53,827 bases of DNA. It comes from an uncultured delta proteobacterium (GTDB lineage Bacteria > Myxococcota > Myxococcia > Myxococcales > Anaeromyxobacteraceae). Below the pieces are notes generated by a model. The model had not been told where the DNA came from and ran no database searches. It worked only from the letters and a program-made list of their open reading frames with translations. The DNA lies in contig CAWJSR010000052.1 of assembly GCA_963845515.1 (NCBI GenBank), positions 1 through 53,827 on the forward strand. The letters are read 5' to 3'. The translations under genes were made by a program, and so were the position numbers. This document shows, piece after piece, positions 50,245 to 53,827 of the stretch; within the stretch, counting starts at the first letter, position 1, and the number at the start of each line of letters is the position of its first letter.

Positions 50245-50375
50245 CGGGTCGAGAGTACCTACTGCGTCGTGACGCGGCTACAGCCACCTACCCCGCCCGT
50301 CGGCACTTCCCTCCGCGTCGTCGGGGATTCCCGACAGCCTCCACTCGCAACCCCCCGAATTCACGTCGGCGCCGG

Positions 50376-50392
50376 TTGGCAGCGCTCCTGCA
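50376..50392 (+). promoter_or_regulatory. Sigma54 (-24/-12) promoter
   Basis: TTGGCAGCGCTCCTGCA fits GG-N10-GC; palindrome GTCGGG-N4-CCCGAC at 50320-50335 upstream. Confidence 0.65.
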
Positions 50393-50461
50393 ATACCAGA
50401 CTGCGACGGGCAGGCATCGATGGCCCGAAGACTTCATCACCCAGACCTCAGGAGAACGACC

Positions 50462-50770
50462 ATGACCCGCTCCAAGATCCCCGCCCTCATCGGTTCCGCC
50501 GCCGCCATCATCGCCTTCTTCGTCGTCGGCCTCCTCCCCGCGATGGCCTACGGCGGCTACGCCGGCCACCTCCTCGCAGGCGGCATCGTCGGCGCCGAGT
50601 CCGCCGGCCTCGTCGCCCGCGCCCTCGTCGTCTTCGGCATGGCCCTCGGCGTCGTCGGGATCGGCTCGCTCTTCGCGGTGCTCGGCGCCATGACCGGCGC
50701 GCTCGTCGGCGCCGTCACCCGCCTCGACGTCCGCAAGGCCGCCGCCGAGACCGTCGCGCAGTCGAAGTAG
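50462..50770 (+). CDS. Small Gly/Ala-rich membrane protein, unknown function
   Basis: AGGAGA RBS; strongly C-ending codons; two or three hydrophobic segments. Confidence 0.82.
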   Translation: MTRSKIPALIGSAAAIIAFFVVGLLPAMAYGGYAGHLLAGGIVGAESAGLVARALVVFGMALGVVGIGSLFAVLGAMTGALVGAVTRLDVRKAAAETVAQSK

Positions 50771-50850
50771 TCGTCACCTCGGCTCGAAGCCTCACGAGGC
50801 CCGGCCCGCACACGCGGCGCCGGGCCTCCGCGTCTTCAGCGGCCCGGAGG

Positions 50851-51879
50851 CTACCAGACCGCCCAGTGGTCCTCGACGACGCCCGGGATTCCCGCGACCT
50901 CGACGGTCCCGTGAACCGTCCGCACGCTGCCGGTGAAGATCCCCGAGAACTGCGCGAAGCGGGTGCGGAGCACGAGCAGGTTCTTGACCTCACGGTGCAC
51001 GGCGACGGGGGCGAAGGCGAGGTCGACCGACCCGTCGGCGGCCGTGACCAGCCACGGCGAGCGCGGGTGCCGCCGGTCGAACGCGAAGGTCACCGGCGGA
51101 AGCCGCACCGGCCCGGCGCCCAGGAAGAGGGCGTTCTCGCCCGAATCGCCCGCCGGCACCCCACCGAACCCTGCCGCCAGGTTGAACGCGATCGGCGCGC
51201 CGCCGGGCAACCGTCCCGTCCCGAAGGCCCAGCGCCAGCCGGTCTCACGCGCGAGGAGCCCGTGCGTCGTGTCGACGCCGCCGGTGCCGCCGTCGAGCCC
51301 GAGCGTCCTTCCCCCGAGCCGAACGTATCCGGAGGCGGCGAGCCCGCCGCTCTTCTGCGTGACGCGGATCCCCGGCCCGGCGACGGGCGTCACGAGCACG
51401 AGGGGGGCGGGAGCGTCCGAATTGGAGAGGGCGATCGCCGCACGGAGCCCGCCGCGGTCCGACATCGTCCACTCGAAGCCGCCGCTGCTCCCCCTGACCT
51501 CGATGTCGAGGCCGGAGCCGGAGAAGGTGGCCCGAGCCCCTGCGCCCGGCCGCTCGTCGACCCGGGCGTTGAGGCCGGGCAGCCCTGCGACCGAGCGATC
51601 GAAGACGAGCTCCCCTCGCGAGCGATCGAGCACCCACGCGAAGCCGGCTGCGAACCAGCCCGCCTGCACGACCGCGGCCGCCACCATTGCCTCGTCGCTG
51701 GCGGCGAGGAGGTAGACCCAGCGCTTCTCCTGCGCCACCCGCCGGATGGCCCCTCGCGGCGCGGCCCGCGCCAAGGCAACGCGCTCCAGCGAGCCCGCGT
51801 AGGCGCCGAAGCGAGGAGCGCCGTCCGGGGCGAGCGGCTCGGCGGGCGCCGCTGGGAGCCCTGAAGTTCCGACGCCCAT
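50851..51879 (-). CDS. DUF2804-like protein
   Basis: KRW.Y, D.THG.L.RET.W.WA, FNL..GF, GENALF, DL.F.P, Q..G.F.G, G..EDH...W pattern. Confidence 0.75.
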   Translation of the reverse strand: MGVGTSGLPAAPAEPLAPDGAPRFGAYAGSLERVALARAAPRGAIRRVAQEKRWVYLLAASDEAMVAAAVVQAGWFAAGFAWVLDRSRGELVFDRSVAGLPGLNARVDERPGAGARATFSGSGLDIEVRGSSGGFEWTMSDRGGLRAAIALSNSDAPAPLVLVTPVAGPGIRVTQKSGGLAASGYVRLGGRTLGLDGGTGGVDTTHGLLARETGWRWAFGTGRLPGGAPIAFNLAAGFGGVPAGDSGENALFLGAGPVRLPPVTFAFDRRHPRSPWLVTAADGSVDLAFAPVAVHREVKNLLVLRTRFAQFSGIFTGSVRTVHGTVEVAGIPGVVEDHWAVW

Positions 51880-51942
51880 GAACCGATATTACGCCCGGCC
51901 TAGCGAAGCACCGCGCATACACTATCCCCTTTTGTGGGTAGG

Positions 51943-52033
51943 TGCGACAAATTGCCGCTGCGTCCCTCTGTCGCAAGCAGCCCCTCCCGTTGTAGATCAG
52001 GCCGCCCTGATGAGGCTGCGACAAGTCGTCCAG
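51943..52033. promoter_or_regulatory. Tandem TGCGACA-N3-TGTCGCA-like boxes (RegA/PrrA-like)
   Basis: Exact half-sites at 51943-51949, 51969-51975 (inverted) and 52017-52023. Confidence 0.55.
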
Positions 52034-52089
52034 CCGCATCCCTGCTACGAAGCTGGCTCACCGCCACGACGCCCCACCCAGGAACCTCG

Positions 52090-53764
52090 ATGACGCGCTC
52101 CCTTACCGCCCTCCTCTCCCTGCTCCTTGCGTTCGCAGCCAGCGCCGAGGAGTCGAAGCTCCCGGCCGATGCCGAGGGCTGTCTCGAATGCCACAAGGCC
52201 GGCGGTGACGGCACCGGCTTTCGACGCCCCCGCGTTCCTCAAGGGCGTCCACGCGGCCAACGGCATCGGCTGCACCGATTGCCACAAGGGCTACACGATG
52301 GGGCCGCACGACGCGGAGGGGCCGGCCCTCTCCGACGCCGACAAGGCGACCGTCGCGAAGCTCGCCGCCGCCAGGGTGGGCGAGAAGGCGCTGACCACGT
52401 CCCCGCGGGCGCTCCTCGCCTGCGCCGACTGCCACGACGCCCCGGCGGCCGCCCTCCAGAAGTCGATCCACTCGTCGTGGCTCTCGAAGCCCGACGCCGG
52501 TGTCCCCGGCGCCACCTGCGTCAGCTGCCACGGGTCGCCGCACGCGGTCGTCAAGCTCGCCGCCTACGCGCCCGTCGACGGCAAGCGGGAGAAGGTCCCC
52601 GCCGACCGCCGCGCGATCCACCAGCGCTGCGCCGCCTGCCACGGCAACGAGGAGTTCGCGAAGGCCGCCGGCCTCCCGACCGAGGTCGTCGCCCGCTACG
52701 ACGACTCGATCCACGGCCGCGCCGTCCGGGTCGGCAACGAGTTCGCCCCGGTCTGCACCAGCTGCCACTCCGCGAAGGTGGGGGGCAGCCACGGCATCGT
52801 CTCGAAGACGGATCCGGCCTCCTCCGTCAGCGAGGCGCAGAAGAAGGAGACGTGCGGCCGCTGCCACGCCGGCGCGACCGACAACTTCGCGAAGCTCATC
52901 GCGCACAAGGAGCCGCAGGACGTGTCGGGACACATCGTCCCGCACATCGTCCACGTGGTCTTCTCGTACCTGACGACGTTGACGCTCCTCTTCTTCGCGT
53001 TCCACGTCCTCATCGACTTCATCTCCGAGCTGCGGATGCGCCTCTCCTCCAAGGCGCACCACGCACCCACCGCCGACGACGTGAAGACGGTGGTCCGCTT
53101 CGACATCCACCAGCGCGCCCAGCACTGGTTCATGCTCTCGGGCGTCATCCTCCTCGGCATCACCGGCTGGCCGCTCCGCGGCGCGGGCTCGGAGGCGGCG
53201 GTGGGCGCGTCGAAGGCCTTCTTCAAGCTCTTCGGCGGGGCCGAGGGCGCGGCGCTCTGGCACCGCGTCGGCGCCGTCCTCATCATCATCTCGTCGCTCT
53301 ACCACCTCTTCTACCTGACGTTCCTCGCGTCCCAGAAGCGGCTGCCCATCTCCATGCTCCCGATGCCGAAGGACGCCATGGACATGAAGGACAACATCCT
53401 CTTCATGCTGGGGCTGCGGAAGGAGCGCCCGAGCTTCGATCGCTACATGTACCTGGAGAAGTTCGATTACTGGGCGGTGTTCTGGGGCATCATCATGATG
53501 GTCGGGACCGGCTTCGTGTTCTGGTTCCCGGTCTTCTTCGCCAACTACGCGCCGCACTGGCTCATCGGCGCGACCCAGATCATCCACGGCGAGGAGGCGA
53601 CGCTGGCCATCCTCTTCCTCTTCACCGTGCACTTCTACAACGTGCACCTGAAGCCCTCGATCTTCCCGATGAACTGGGCCTGGCTGAACGGCCGGATCAC
53701 GGTCGAGGCGCTGAAGCACGAGCACCCCGCCGAGTACGAGCGGATCAAGAAGGACATCAAGTAG
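52090..53764 (+). CDS. CbcL-like fusion: periplasmic 7-heme cytochrome c plus membrane cytochrome b; 1-bp frameshift near 52210
   Basis: Signal peptide and CLECH in the first frame; six more CxxCH, then RF...QR.QHW, HR..A, Y.EKFDYWAVFWG, IIHGEEA.LA, HFYNVH. Confidence 0.88.
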
Positions 53765-53827
53765 CCGTCCCGATCGTCAGCTGAAGTCTCGAAGGCCGCA
53801 GCAATACGGTCTAGTCCAGGCACCACA

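Noticed and set aside
53765..53827. Possible gene end at the window edge
   Set aside because: Too little sequence to assign

Overview
High-GC window whose gene content suggests an Anaeromyxobacter-like Myxococcota (inference). The backbone contains dinB, two TetR regulators, thiO, three Ser/Thr kinases, ttcA, a PAS hybrid kinase, an alpha-glucan cluster (glgA, galT, MFS, FHA-GGDEF, GH57, PilZ), hpt, and a CrbS-type transporter-kinase operon ending in a membrane-anchored DEDDh exonuclease. It continues with a 25-heme cytochrome c, ispE-spoVG-prs-rplY-pth-rpsF-rpsR-rplI, an EPS initiation/export pair, a solitary mreB, a CoA-activase fusion, an ECF sigma/kinase pair and a CbcL-like c/b cytochrome. 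The best candidate system is a ~3.4 kb islet at 18652-22080. It encodes a putative MqsR-like toxin, an MqsA-like antitoxin with a long ChAD-like tail and a SecB-like chaperone (a TAC module with its own palindromic operator), next to a DUF262-DUF1524 GmrSD-like nuclease. Other notable signals are a 1.2 kb cassette bounded by 26-bp direct repeats touching both stop codons, a structured rplY leader, a structured leader before the EPS transferase, RegA/PrrA-like boxes, a sigma54 promoter and a recurrent leaderless-type TANNNT motif. Six single-base frameshifts, one in rpsR, point to assembly errors. All family assignments come from motif recognition by eye; no searches were run.
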